DNA of 64,000 nt. It comes from Bacillota bacterium (GTDB lineage: Bacteria > Bacillota > DTU025). Numbering within the stretch: position 1 is the stretch's first letter; each line of letters opens with the position of its first letter. The position numbers and the translations under genes were made by a program. Where the stretch lies: positions 96,001 through 160,000 of the forward strand of contig JBMNJT010000004.1 of the NCBI GenBank assembly GCA_050951805.1, read 5' to 3'. This document shows positions 32,274 to 42,585 of the stretch, in pieces. The notes below the pieces were generated by a model. It was given only the letters and a program-made list of their open reading frames with translations, searched no databases and was not told the origin of the DNA.

Positions 32274-33193
32274 AGGAGTTGCTCGTGATAAGCGGCAAGG
32301 GAGGCACCGGCAAGACGAGTGTAGTTGCGTCATTTGCGGCTTTGGCGGAGAACAAAGTCTTAGTCGACTGCGATGTGGATGCTGCCGACCTTCACCTCTT
32401 GCTTTCGCCAGAGGTAGTTGAATCCCATGAATTCATGGCTTCGCGACAGGCAACTGTCGATGTGAGCCGATGCACGGGGTGCGGTCATTGCAGCGAAGTG
32501 TGCCGCTTCGGCGCTATAGCCATGGCCTATGGGCATCCAACCATCGATCCGATTTCCTGTGAAGGGTGTACTGTGTGCTCCCATATTTGTCCCGAGGGTG
32601 CTATAACCATGGTCGACGTCATGTCAGGGCACTGGTACGTATCCCATACCCGGTTTGGGCCGATGGTCCATGCCAAGCTCAAGGCGGCTGAAGAGAACTC
32701 AGGGAAGCTCGTATCCCAAGTGAGGCGCAAGGCGCGGGAGATAGCCGAAAGCCAGGGGCACGAGTTGATCATTACCGACGGGCCGCCTGGGGTGGGATGC
32801 CCCGTCATATCCTCCATCTCCGGAGTGGATCTTGCCTTGATCGTAACGGAACCCACGGTGGCGGGGGTCCACGACATGGAGCGGGTCCTCGACCTTACGT
32901 GCCATTTCGGTGTAGAGTCGGCGGTATGTATCAACAAGTGCGATCTTGATGGGGCTAATGCTGAGCGCATAGAGGATTACTGTTGTGCAAGGGGAATCGA
33001 GATTGCGGGGAAGATCCCGTTCGATGAGGATATGGTAAGGGCGGTTGTAAGGGGTGAGCCGCCTGTTCTGTACGGAGATGGTGCTCCTGATTGCGCGGGC
33101 CCAGATAGCGTTGCGGGCGAAGCCGCGCAGGCTATACGCCAGCTTTGGGATAGGGTCGCTGTTCTTCTCGCGCGTGATGCGGGCTCTTTCTAG
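32270..33193 (+). CDS. Second MinD-superfamily ATPase with ferredoxin
   Basis: SGKGGTGKTS, DCDVDAADL, two 4Fe-4S motifs, ENSGKLV, DGPPGVGCP. Confidence 0.9.
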   Translation: MKELLVISGKGGTGKTSVVASFAALAENKVLVDCDVDAADLHLLLSPEVVESHEFMASRQATVDVSRCTGCGHCSEVCRFGAIAMAYGHPTIDPISCEGCTVCSHICPEGAITMVDVMSGHWYVSHTRFGPMVHAKLKAAEENSGKLVSQVRRKAREIAESQGHELIITDGPPGVGCPVISSISGVDLALIVTEPTVAGVHDMERVLDLTCHFGVESAVCINKCDLDGANAERIEDYCCARGIEIAGKIPFDEDMVRAVVRGEPPVLYGDGAPDCAGPDSVAGEAAQAIRQLWDRVAVLLARDAGSF

Positions 33194-33203
33194 GAGCGGA
33201 GGC

Positions 33204-33788
33204 TTACCCGAACAGTGAAAAAAGGTAGCTGAGGATGGCTCCAACAACGGCGCCGACCACGTATTCCATGACCTTGCTTTGCCAGCTGCGCTCCTTGGCG
33301 AGGGCTGCGTCGAGCTCCTCGATCATCCTCGATTGCTCTGCTATGGCTCTTGAGAGAACCTCAATCTGGTTCGGCTGGTCTGCCAGGGCCTGCACGAGCA
33401 CGCGCGAGATATCGCTTGCAGTCATGGGTTCGACAGAAGACCCGACTTGAGCATACGCGCTGCTGTCGGCGAGGACGAGACTGTCGGCTTCCTCGACAGT
33501 TATCACAGCGACGTCTTTTCCTTCAACATTTACGATTTCGAAAGAAGTTCGGGGCTTAGGCTCCAGTTTTTCGAGGGCGTCTACATACAGTCTTCGCGCC
33601 TTTTTGATGTCGGTGCCTATGATTTCGCCTGACTCTTCTATGCCAACGAGGATCGTGCCGCCAGACGTGTTGGACAGGGCACCTATCAGCCTCGACAGGT
33701 CCTTAGGCTTCTTGGGCTTAGCTCTGAATTCAACCTTTTCATTCTGCCCCTGGGCGATGAGATCGCAAATCTTTTGAGACTTTGTCAC
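33204..33788 (-). CDS. Schlafen/AlbA_2 domain protein with C-terminal coiled coil and TM helix
   Basis: NEKVEF..ALSNTSGGTILVGIEE; hydrophobic C-terminus. Confidence 0.8.
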   Translation of the reverse strand: MTKSQKICDLIAQGQNEKVEFRAKPKKPKDLSRLIGALSNTSGGTILVGIEESGEIIGTDIKKARRLYVDALEKLEPKPRTSFEIVNVEGKDVAVITVEEADSLVLADSSAYAQVGSSVEPMTASDISRVLVQALADQPNQIEVLSRAIAEQSRMIEELDAALAKERSWQSKVMEYVVGAVVGAILSYLFSLFG

Positions 33789-33846
33789 ATTAATGGCCCC
33801 CTAAGCAGCACATTGCGCCAATACCATTTCCAGTTCTGCCGTGAGC

Positions 33847-34288
33847 TTACTCAATTTCCAGTAAGAATGCAAGCAGTTGATTCCTGCCCCAAAGTTTGCC
33901 AGCCGCATACCGTTGGAGCGGGGCAAGGTCAACCATCTTGTCGGCCTGTCCGTATGATCCCGGCGGCACGATCATCTTCTCCCCCGGACGCCAATCTGCC
34001 GGGGTGGCCACTTTCTGCCCGTCAGAAGTGTGCACGGCGATGAGCAGGCGCTTGATCTCGTCGAGGGTAGGCCTATGTCACCCGCTGACGGCTGAATCAT
34101 CCCTCACTTCTTTGCCACCTCCATCTTCAGATCGACAGATGAGCGGGAACTTGATTTTCTCTTTGATGGTTCTTGGCCAAGCGATGTGGCTGAAGAGTAT
34201 GCCCACTTGTTCTCGTAGTCATTGGCGAAAGAGACTGTGCCACGGCTTCGAAGCTCGGGGCCTTCTCTTTGATAAGCGGAATCCGCAC
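33847..34288 (-). pseudogene. Peroxiredoxin remnant
   Basis: RIPLIKEKAPSFEAV N-terminus and DEIKRLLIAVHTSD..VATPADWRPGEKMIVPP C-terminus in different frames; catalytic core missing. Confidence 0.75.
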
Positions 34289-34295
34289 GGTCTCT

Positions 34296-34530
34296 TCACA
34301 ACAAGTTGAATTGGCGGTTTCTCTCATATCTGCTTTTCACACAGTCTGCACACGCCACGCCATTATACATGGATTGCGTGGCGCGGCCGATCTCTTCAAT
34401 GGTTGTTATCAATCCCATGTCGTCAAGAATCCACAAGGTTCGATAGACTGTAGTTCTCGTGGACGTGGTGATATATGGTTTCCGCGTCGGTGCGGTCACT
34501 CGACTCTGCTAATTCCTCACAAGAATCACT
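34296..34530 (-). pseudogene. Fur/PerR-family regulator remnant
   Basis: EELAESSDRTDAETIYHHV shifting to TTVYRTLWILDDMGLI, ending GVACADC. Confidence 0.7.
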
Positions 34531-34971
34531 AATATGTCTGGGGTGTCAATGGTTGCCTCCATTCTTATTGTCCCATCTGCTGTTTGTGGAAAGCACAATT
34601 GAAGAAGCTTGCTCGACTTCATGCATGCTGGTTTAGCTGCCTGATCCCGAATCGAACTCGGAAAGGTTAGAGGATTCCAGAGCTAACCTTTTTGCAATGC
34701 AGATGCTCCTCAGCCATCTCCTATTAGAACCTGAGGCGGGTATGAGACCCCTTCCATCGCGGTGATGTTCAAACTGAATCTGCTATGGCTATTGCCAGTT
34801 GGCGCCTTAATCTCAGACCGATGCAGATATGGAGGATTATGGTGATATACCTCGAAATACACGTTCATGGTCCTGGGCTTGGGCGCACAACAAAGTGCAG
34901 AGGCACCCGAGTCCATGAACACGAATCTTAACCTTTGGGGTTAATATACGATTTGACTTGGGGGACGTAAT

Positions 34972-35216
34972 TTGCGTATAATGTTCAGGGATGAAGACCT
35001 CCAATTGGCATGCACAGATCCTGATGTTGGCAGACGTAGATGGGGAGAATCTTGTGCAAAGGTGATCAGGCGAAGACTTGATCAGCTTCGGGCTGCAGAA
35101 ACACTTGAAGACATGAGGAATCTGTGGAATGTCCGCTGCCGCGGAAACCGGATGGAGGTTTGGACTGGACGAAAGTGAAGGAAATTGTCGTAATTGGGGT
35201 GGTGGACTACCATTGA
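34972..35216 (+). pseudogene. HigB/RelE-like toxin with internal deletion and frameshift
   Basis: RRRLDQLRAAETLEDM N-terminal half; C-terminus DGGLDWTKVKEIVVIGVVDYH* in another frame. Confidence 0.8.
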
Positions 35217-36322
35217 CTGAGAAGGGCATAGGAATGTACGAGTACGTGCCAGATGTGGTATCACCGCCTGGTTCCACGCTGCTGGAGACGATTGAGGCGT
35301 TGGGGATGACTCAAGCAGAATTGGCACGGCGAATGGGCCGTCCGGTAAAGACGATAAATGAGATTATCAATGGGAAAACCGCAATAACTCCGAAGACGGC
35401 CTTGCAGCTTGAACGCGTTTTAGGCATTCCTGCACATTTCTGGAGAAATCGTGAGGAGCAGTATCAGCAGTATCTTTTGGCCCAAAGGGACGAAAAAGAG
35501 CTGGCTGAGTATAGCTATTGGCTGGAGGAGATACCGTTCAGGTATCTTGTGACAAGTGGCTGGGTAAAGGATGGCGCGAATGATGCCGAACGAGTCAGGC
35601 TTGGCTTGGAGTATTTCGGAGTAGCGTCAGTCGATGCATGGCGCTCGACATGGGGTTCGCCGACCGCAGTTTATCGCCGGTCGCCGGTTTTTGAGGCCAA
35701 ACCCGGAGCGGTGGCCGCATGGCTGCGGAAGGGTGAGATAGAAGCAAGGACAATAGAGTGCAGCCCTTACAGGAAGAAGGCGTTTGCTTCGGCTCTTCAG
35801 GATATTCGTATTCTCACAGTGGAGCAGCCAGAGGTTTTCATTCCGAAAATGCAATCCTTGTGTGCCCAAACTGGTGTGGCAGTAGTTTTCGTGCCTGAAG
35901 TGCCCGAAAGCCGCGCATCGGGTGCTGCTCGATGGTTGAACAGACAGAAGGCCCTTATTCAGCTGAGCTTTCGCTACAAGACCGACGATCAACTTTGGTT
36001 TACATTTTTCCATGAAGCAGCCCACGTACTGGGCGGCTACCAGAGCAGTGCATTCATTGACAATTTCGAACCCAACGATCTCGCATCAGAAGTAGAGCTT
36101 GAGGCGGATCGCTTCGCTGCCGACATCCTCATGCCGCCGACTGAGTATCGCAAGTTTACCGAAGGCATTCAGGGAGGGCGAATAAGTCGGAACAAGGTTT
36201 CAGCATTTGCCAAGTCAATCGGCGTGGCCCCGGGAATTGTTGTCGGACGTCTGCAACATGATGGGCTACTGCCGTACACTCATCTTAACGGGCTCAAAGT
36301 GCGTCTGAAATGGCCTACATGA
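35213..36322 (+). CDS. HigA-family HTH antitoxin fused to an ImmA/IrrE metallopeptidase domain
   Basis: SPPG..GMTQAELARRMG..INEIING, FFHEAAH, EADRFAA; TTG overlaps the toxin stop (ATG 35234 is an alternative start). Confidence 0.9.
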   Translation: MTEKGIGMYEYVPDVVSPPGSTLLETIEALGMTQAELARRMGRPVKTINEIINGKTAITPKTALQLERVLGIPAHFWRNREEQYQQYLLAQRDEKELAEYSYWLEEIPFRYLVTSGWVKDGANDAERVRLGLEYFGVASVDAWRSTWGSPTAVYRRSPVFEAKPGAVAAWLRKGEIEARTIECSPYRKKAFASALQDIRILTVEQPEVFIPKMQSLCAQTGVAVVFVPEVPESRASGAARWLNRQKALIQLSFRYKTDDQLWFTFFHEAAHVLGGYQSSAFIDNFEPNDLASEVELEADRFAADILMPPTEYRKFTEGIQGGRISRNKVSAFAKSIGVAPGIVVGRLQHDGLLPYTHLNGLKVRLKWPT

Positions 36323-37200
36323 TTTGAGGCTTGATCCGTTTTCCGGCGTATCTGCCGATGACTAGATTGTGTCGCATCACAGCCACACCCCTGTTGGGTT
36401 TTTGACTTTCCCCTGGATCTTGAGTCTAAAGACATATTCCATGCGCCTATTGACGTCCTTGTTGGGATCCCTGACATAGCTCTGAATTGCCTAAGCACAG
36501 ATTTCTGCATCCATTTTTGTTGAATGCCTGATTGCATCACAGACGGCCCGTCGTGCCATTGACCACCTGCTCGGAAAGCCCAATGTTGATGAGACGGGGC
36601 TTAACGAAGTATGCCTTTAGAGCGGGGTATTCAAGCTTAAGTTTCGTTTTGTTGATCAGGTGTCAGGGGTTTGGTCAATATACCCGTGAAAGTGGAGTGC
36701 GCTGTCCATGCAGAGCATTGCTTCGGGAATCAGCCGGAAGATGATCTTCATCTCTGAGGCCGTCTGCGGTCCACTCGTAGACCACTCTCTTTACTGCATC
36801 ATGTTTGCTCATAGAAAACACCTCGTCAAAAGTATCCGTGGCATCTATAAACAAGCTGACACTTTTGACAAAGCAGACGGCGGCTGTGGCGTCAATGGTG
36901 AAGCGCAGGTGCAGGTTAATAGGCTAGCCATTACGGGGGCCACGTGCTCTGTCAGGCAGACAAGTTCAGTGGATCCATATTTGAGCCCGGTTTTCTATTG
37001 TGAGGCCAATTTCTGCATTGAGAATATCCACAACAAGGGAAGTACCAGTTTGACGTTTCCGGTGGGGCAAGTCCATATTTGCGCAGGGAGCATCCTCCGC
37101 AGTCAGAGGCAGGGATAGGATGTCAACCGAATTGGGCAGCATCACAAAAAAGGAAACCTGGGGGCAAATGAACCAGCATAGCGCCAGCGATTAGGGAGTC

Positions 37201-37338
37201 CGGGGCGAGGCATATCTGGTCAGGTTTGCGGATAGCTTCGTGGTCTGCTTCGAGCACAAGCAGGATGCAGAACGGTTTTATCGAGCGTTGGTGGAACGTA
37301 TGGGGGAAATTCGGGCTGGAGCTTGCGGAGGAAAAGGT
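37201..37338 (+). pseudogene. Fragment of a different group II intron RT
   Basis: Manual translation RGEAYLVRFADSFVVCFEHKQDAERFYRALVERMG/KFGLELAEEK (RT5-7 region, degenerate YADD). Confidence 0.75.
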
Positions 37339-37519
37339 GCGCTTACTGCTCTTCGGCCGATTTGATATTCATCTCAAGCTATTGGGCTCTTGATTCTGCG
37401 TCCACCTGGGGATGGATCTTCAGGATAAAAAACGCTTCGCCCTGGCAGTTAGCCTGGGCGAAGCGGCAGTTGCGCGAGAAATCGAGGTTCGAGTCAGTAC
37501 TCATCTGACGGTTATTGGC

Positions 37520-38350
37520 TCAATAGACTAGATCCTCTACAGAATTCATGACAATGTCAGGTCGGAATTCTATCGGGTAAGCATCTGGAGCGCTCATGTC
37601 GAGGCCCTTGGAATTTCCGCTGAGCACGAGAATGGTGCTCAACCCCAATCGATTCCCGGCAAGGATATCTGTTTCAAGAGTGTCGCCTACAATGGCGCAC
37701 TCCGCTGCGTCGAGCCCACTTTGTTCCAAGGCCATTTCCAGCAACAGGGTTCCAGGTTTTCCTACGATTACGTCAGGATCGCGATTAACCATGGCCGTTA
37801 TAGCTGCTACTATTGCCCCCGCTCCTGGTTCCAAGCCGTCTTGCGAGGGAACTGTTGGGTCACAATTCACGGCTACAAAACGTGCACCTGACTGGAGAAC
37901 GCGCAGGGCACATGTGAGCCGAGCAAAGCTTAGATCATTATCCTTGCCGGCAATGAGGTAGTGGGCTTTTTCAGGATTTCTGGTTGAGGCATTACGCGCA
38001 TCCAGGCCAGCAGCTAACGCCTCTTCCAGAAGCCCTTCAGATCCCAACACGTATGTTACGGCGCCCGGCATCTGACTTGCCACATACTTTGCTGCACATT
38101 CGCTTGCTATGAATACTTCGCTGCTGTCAACGTCCAGACCCATGTGCTTGAATATTGAAAGGCATTTCGCCTTTGAGCGCGAGCTAGTATTGGAGACAAA
38201 CATGAGTTGTTTGCCTTCTCTCCTGAGCTGTTTAAGCGTATTCGCTACGCCTGGAATGGGATGGTCGCCAAGCCACAACACTCCGTCGAGGTCAAACATG
38301 AAACCTTTGATGTCTCTGATAACGTTGTTCCTGTCAGTGATCTGTGTCAT
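37520..38350 (-). CDS. HAD-IIA (NagD-like) phosphatase
   Basis: FDLDGVL, VSNTS, GKP, VGDTLETDI. Confidence 0.92.
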   Translation of the reverse strand: MTQITDRNNVIRDIKGFMFDLDGVLWLGDHPIPGVANTLKQLRREGKQLMFVSNTSSRSKAKCLSIFKHMGLDVDSSEVFIASECAAKYVASQMPGAVTYVLGSEGLLEEALAAGLDARNASTRNPEKAHYLIAGKDNDLSFARLTCALRVLQSGARFVAVNCDPTVPSQDGLEPGAGAIVAAITAMVNRDPDVIVGKPGTLLLEMALEQSGLDAAECAIVGDTLETDILAGNRLGLSTILVLSGNSKGLDMSAPDAYPIEFRPDIVMNSVEDLVY

Positions 38351-39434
38351 CCCCAATTCTCTTCCCTGTTTCTGCATCATAGATGTTGATCTGTGAGCGG
38401 TCCAGCTCAAGCCAGACTTGCTGGTTCCCTTGGAATGACGTGCCTCTGTCGGCACGAATAACGATCTCGATTCCGTTTGAGTCGGCATATACGAGCACCG
38501 ATGGACCAACTGGCAATGTTGCGTATACCACAGCTGGAATCCGACCGGGCTGATTATCGTTGCAAAGAGTCAGGCCCTCAGGCCTTATGGCTAGCACAAC
38601 TTGGTCTGGCCAACCAGGTTGAGCTGGCCAAAGTACTGTATCACCTACAGCTAGGTAAGGTGAGTCTCCGTTGCGAACGACCTTTGCGTCTAGAAAGTTA
38701 GTCTGAGGGTTGCCGGTAAACTCCGCGACGAAATGCGTGGCAGGACGTTCATATACGTCTTCTGGGGGCGAATACTGCTCAAGCTGTCCATGGTTCATCA
38801 CGGCAATCTTGGTTGAAAGCGTGAGCGCCTCTTCTTGGTCGTGCGTCACGTAGACTACAGTGGTGTTTGCCTCCTGATGCATCCGTTTCAGGCTTGCTCG
38901 CATCTGCATTCTGAGTCGAGTATCCAGATTTGATAGCGGCTCATCCATCAGAAGCAGCTCGGGTTCGACTATTACCATGCGGGCTAGTGCTACGCGTTGC
39001 TGTTGGCCTCCTGAAAGCTCTGATGGATACCGATCGGCTAGGTCTTCTAACCCTACCTGCTTCAGAGTGCCAAATACCTTGGCCTCGATTTTATCGCGTG
39101 GCATTTTTTGCTGAACGAGACCGAATGCCACGTTGTCAAAGACTGTCATATGCGGCCACAGAGCGTAAGATTGAAAGATTATCCCCAGGCCACGGGCGGC
39201 TGGAGGAAGGTTGATTCCCTGACTTGCGGAGAAAACAAGTTTCCCGTTTATGTATATGTCTCCAGCGTCGGGATCTTCGAGCCCTGCAATCATTCTGAGC
39301 GTGGTGGTCTTCCCACAGCCAGACGGTCCGAGCAAGGTAGCGAAATCCCCTTTGCCGATGTCGAAACTGAGGTTGTCCACAGCCTTTACTCCTGGCCATT
39401 CCTTGGTTACGCCGACCAGTTTGACTGCTTCCAT
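38334..39434 (-). CDS. ABC transporter ATP-binding subunit (FbpC/AfuC/PotA-like)
   Basis: GPSGCGKTT, LSGGQQQRVALAR, MDEPLSNLD, TOBE-like tail. Confidence 0.93.
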   Translation of the reverse strand: MEAVKLVGVTKEWPGVKAVDNLSFDIGKGDFATLLGPSGCGKTTTLRMIAGLEDPDAGDIYINGKLVFSASQGINLPPAARGLGIIFQSYALWPHMTVFDNVAFGLVQQKMPRDKIEAKVFGTLKQVGLEDLADRYPSELSGGQQQRVALARMVIVEPELLLMDEPLSNLDTRLRMQMRASLKRMHQEANTTVVYVTHDQEEALTLSTKIAVMNHGQLEQYSPPEDVYERPATHFVAEFTGNPQTNFLDAKVVRNGDSPYLAVGDTVLWPAQPGWPDQVVLAIRPEGLTLCNDNQPGRIPAVVYATLPVGPSVLVYADSNGIEIVIRADRGTSFQGNQQVWLELDRSQINIYDAETGKRIGDDTDH

Positions 39435-39436
39435 AT

Positions 39437-41245
39437 CTACATGCCTCCTAAGCCTTCAGCAATATCCATGTTTTGCCAAGCTTTAATCGCCCAGGTCATT
39501 AATAGTACCAGAAGGGTGAGAAGCACGGTCATGGCATTGCTGAATTGCGTGTAGCCCACTTCTATGTACCTGTAAGTAAGTGTAGTAAGCATGCGATTGG
39601 CGGGCGTAACCAGCAGTATGTATAGACTGAGTTCGCGCATGCTGGTGATAAGGACTATGAGCGCACCAGACACAAAGCCACTCTTTGTTAGCGGAAGCAT
39701 TATCCGGCGCATGCGCTCTCTCCATGACGCGCCAAGAATTACTGCTGCCTCTTCTAGCTCGTGAGATACTTGGAGCATCGATGATACGCCGGATCGCACG
39801 GTATAGGGCAATTGCTTGGCAATGGTAACGAGAACTAGTAAAGTGAATGTGCCGTAGAGTGCGGGGATCGGGCCTCGTCGCACGGCAAACAAAGTCAGGT
39901 ACAGGGCTCCAAAGACTATGCTTGGCACGAGCATCGGGGCGAATGAGATCTGCTCAAGCATGTGAGCGATCGGTGAGTTCCGCGATTTCACTACGACATA
40001 GCCAATCAGCATTCCGAATAGGCCGCATATCAACGCTGAAATAAGTGATAAGCGGACGCTGTTCCAAGCCGCTCCCCGTACTGCTTCGTTACGGAGGATA
40101 CCCGGTTCACCAGCAGCAAACCTGGGATTGCTGGCGCCTATCCAGTAATGCGACGAGAGATTGGATATGCTGTAGTCGCCTGCGTTCAGGCAGAAACTGC
40201 TCCATACAAGGAAGCCCAGAGGGAACACGGATACCATGAACAGAAATATCAAAGTGATCACTGCTATGGGCGTATTCCACTTTCCCAGCTTTACTTTTCG
40301 CGACTTTACTCCTTTTCCCCCTATTGTGGCGTAACTGCGACGAGAGCTGATGAGCTTCTGGTTGAGATACAGGCCAGTGCTGGATATCAACAGCAGAACA
40401 ATTGCTAGTATGTAAGCTTGTGCTTCTCTTTGAGTGTGAATGAGAGAGTATATCTGCGTCGATAAAGTATAGTATCTAGCAGGCAGGCCAAGGATTGCCG
40501 GAGTTCCGAAAGTGCCCATGGAACGCGCTATGCCTAGTAATGCAGTGGAAAGCAAGGCGGGACTTACTATGGGCATGGTTATGTGACGCCCTATGAACCG
40601 TTGGTTGGCGCCGAGGATCTCTGCTGACTCTTCTAGCTGAGAATCTACAGTAGACAGAGCTCCGGATATCAATAGATAGCCAAAGGGATAGTAGTGCAAG
40701 CCCAAGGTAATCATTATGGGGATCGGACCGTAAACCAGCCACTCAGGAGCATTTTTGCCTGTGAGGAAGAAAAGTAGACCATCCGGCAATGCAACAGCAC
40801 TGTTCTGGAAGATCTGTAGCCAAGACAACGACAATACCCAAGAAGGGAGGATATAAGGTACAATGGCTAAGGCGTTGATAAGCTTAGCCCACCGAATGTC
40901 AGTGCGCACTACTAGATATGCCAGGAGAGTGCTTATAAGCAGTATGATGGCTACGGCGCCAACAGTGATTGTAAGAGTATTGAGCAATGGTTTGTAGAAA
41001 ACAGATTTTGCGAAATCTCCAGTTAGCATGCGTCGCCAGTGATACAAAGTGAATTTGCCAGGCTCTACATTTTCACCCTGGATGCGAAGATCGCCAGTCC
41101 CCCATACAAAGGTTCTGCATATGAGTGAGATGAGCGGAACTATTATTAGGTAAGCCAAAATGATCAAGAACAAGATCGATAAGATCGATTCTGGCTTACG
41201 AAGCTGATTCCATGCCTTGCGACCGTGTAATTTCACATTGTTCAT
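39437..41245 (-). CDS. ABC permease with two fused TM domains (FbpB/AfuB-like)
   Basis: Two EAA loops (LEESAEILGA, LEEAAVILGA), FGTPAILG. Confidence 0.9.
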   Translation of the reverse strand: MNNVKLHGRKAWNQLRKPESILSILFLIILAYLIIVPLISLICRTFVWGTGDLRIQGENVEPGKFTLYHWRRMLTGDFAKSVFYKPLLNTLTITVGAVAIILLISTLLAYLVVRTDIRWAKLINALAIVPYILPSWVLSLSWLQIFQNSAVALPDGLLFFLTGKNAPEWLVYGPIPIMITLGLHYYPFGYLLISGALSTVDSQLEESAEILGANQRFIGRHITMPIVSPALLSTALLGIARSMGTFGTPAILGLPARYYTLSTQIYSLIHTQREAQAYILAIVLLLISSTGLYLNQKLISSRRSYATIGGKGVKSRKVKLGKWNTPIAVITLIFLFMVSVFPLGFLVWSSFCLNAGDYSISNLSSHYWIGASNPRFAAGEPGILRNEAVRGAAWNSVRLSLISALICGLFGMLIGYVVVKSRNSPIAHMLEQISFAPMLVPSIVFGALYLTLFAVRRGPIPALYGTFTLLVLVTIAKQLPYTVRSGVSSMLQVSHELEEAAVILGASWRERMRRIMLPLTKSGFVSGALIVLITSMRELSLYILLVTPANRMLTTLTYRYIEVGYTQFSNAMTVLLTLLVLLMTWAIKAWQNMDIAEGLGGM

Positions 41246-41340
41246 TGGCTCAACCTCCGCCAGTGCTACATTGGCTAAGGCGGATAGTTCCCAAGACGGG
41301 CGCCTCCGCCTTAGCCTTCAGATTTCTTGGTAGTTGTCCA

Positions 41341-42561
41341 TTAGTTGATGTTTATCATCCACCATTCCTGAACTTCGGCCGAAGTTTTCCATATCCCGAT
41401 CGGGTCAAGCATCCAGAACTTCATGCTCTTTAGAGGCAAAGAAAGATTGGGCAAAAACTCGTTCTTCGGCTCGGCCAGCATGTCAGTGCGGGCTGGCCAA
41501 TTACCCACTATAAAGAACGGTTTCATGCCAAGTCCCCCGTATTGATCTCCGAACAAGTATTTGATCAGCAGTTTAGCAGCGTTAGGATGCGGAGCCTTGT
41601 ATGTGATGTTCATAAGGCTGGGATATAGTAGCCCCACAGTAGGCGTGATATTAGTTGTCGCCATGAGCTTGAGGCTGCCTCTAGCTGGGTCTTCTGCGTA
41701 TCCTAGGCTGGAAAAGGGGATTGATATCCCAATCGGCGGATTCTTGTTAGTAGGATCGCCCACTACGTTTATTAGATCTGTGTGTCGAGAGTATATGCGA
41801 GGTTTGTTTGCGATGATGCCTTTGAGAAGTTCGTATCCTGCATTTGGCGTGGTGAGACGAATGGGGCGTCCAAACACTCGCTGGTAATCACTGGCTAGAT
41901 CGTCGGCGTTGAGCACTATGGTTGTGATCAGGTCCAGACTAGATGCATCATTCACAGGATCAACCATTGCTATTTTGCCGCGCCACTCAGGCTTGGTCAG
42001 ATCCCACCAGCTGTTGATGGGGCATTTCGGGTAGACCTTGGAATTATAGAAGATGGTTCGCGACTCGTATCGCTGGGCAACCAAGGGCTCGCGAAATGCC
42101 CGCGGGATCACGGATTCGAGCTCGGGCGGGTAGAACGGGAACAACATGTTCTTGTTGTAGAGGAGATGGAGTTGGTCCGCATAACCTGAGGCATGAAGTA
42201 TGTCAGCATTGTATACGCCTGCTAATTGTTCTCGTTCGACCTTCTCGATGGCGCCTGTGGTTCCCAGCTCGTATACTTCCATGGTCACGCCCGGATAGAG
42301 TGATTCAAACTCTGACTTTAAGCTGATCGTTCGCGAGGAACTTGTGTAGATCACCACCTTGCCTTCGCGTTTAGCTGCTTGGTAAACTTTGTCCCAATCT
42401 ACCTTAGCAGGTTGGTAGGGGCCGATCTCAACTTGCTTAAGCCATGCATCCACATCAGCAGGAAGTTTGGGGGCAGAATAGGCTCGTGGTGCCCCAACGT
42501 ACGCTCCAATCATTCCAACGAATACGCACAAGATTACTAACTTGATTATCCGTTGACTCAT
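41341..42561 (-). CDS. ABC substrate-binding protein (FbpA/AfuA-like)
   Basis: Signal peptide, AAKREGKVVIYTS, WDLTKPEWRGKI, APHPNAAKL. Confidence 0.88.
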   Translation of the reverse strand: MSQRIIKLVILCVFVGMIGAYVGAPRAYSAPKLPADVDAWLKQVEIGPYQPAKVDWDKVYQAAKREGKVVIYTSSSRTISLKSEFESLYPGVTMEVYELGTTGAIEKVEREQLAGVYNADILHASGYADQLHLLYNKNMLFPFYPPELESVIPRAFREPLVAQRYESRTIFYNSKVYPKCPINSWWDLTKPEWRGKIAMVDPVNDASSLDLITTIVLNADDLASDYQRVFGRPIRLTTPNAGYELLKGIIANKPRIYSRHTDLINVVGDPTNKNPPIGISIPFSSLGYAEDPARGSLKLMATTNITPTVGLLYPSLMNITYKAPHPNAAKLLIKYLFGDQYGGLGMKPFFIVGNWPARTDMLAEPKNEFLPNLSLPLKSMKFWMLDPIGIWKTSAEVQEWWMININ

Positions 42562-42585
42562 ACGATTCCCTCCTATTTTTGATAA

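Noticed and set aside
30369-33193. Nitrogen fixation cluster
   Set aside because: NifB/NifX-like and MinD-ferredoxin genes are widespread in non-diazotrophic anaerobes, and nifHDK are absent here.
34710-34922. NPPY motif suggesting a DNA methyltransferase remnant
   Set aside because: Four residues only, with no supporting motif I or flanking similarity.
36700-37120. Protein-like reading on the minus strand with internal stops
   Set aside because: Could be a pseudogene, but I cannot assign a family.
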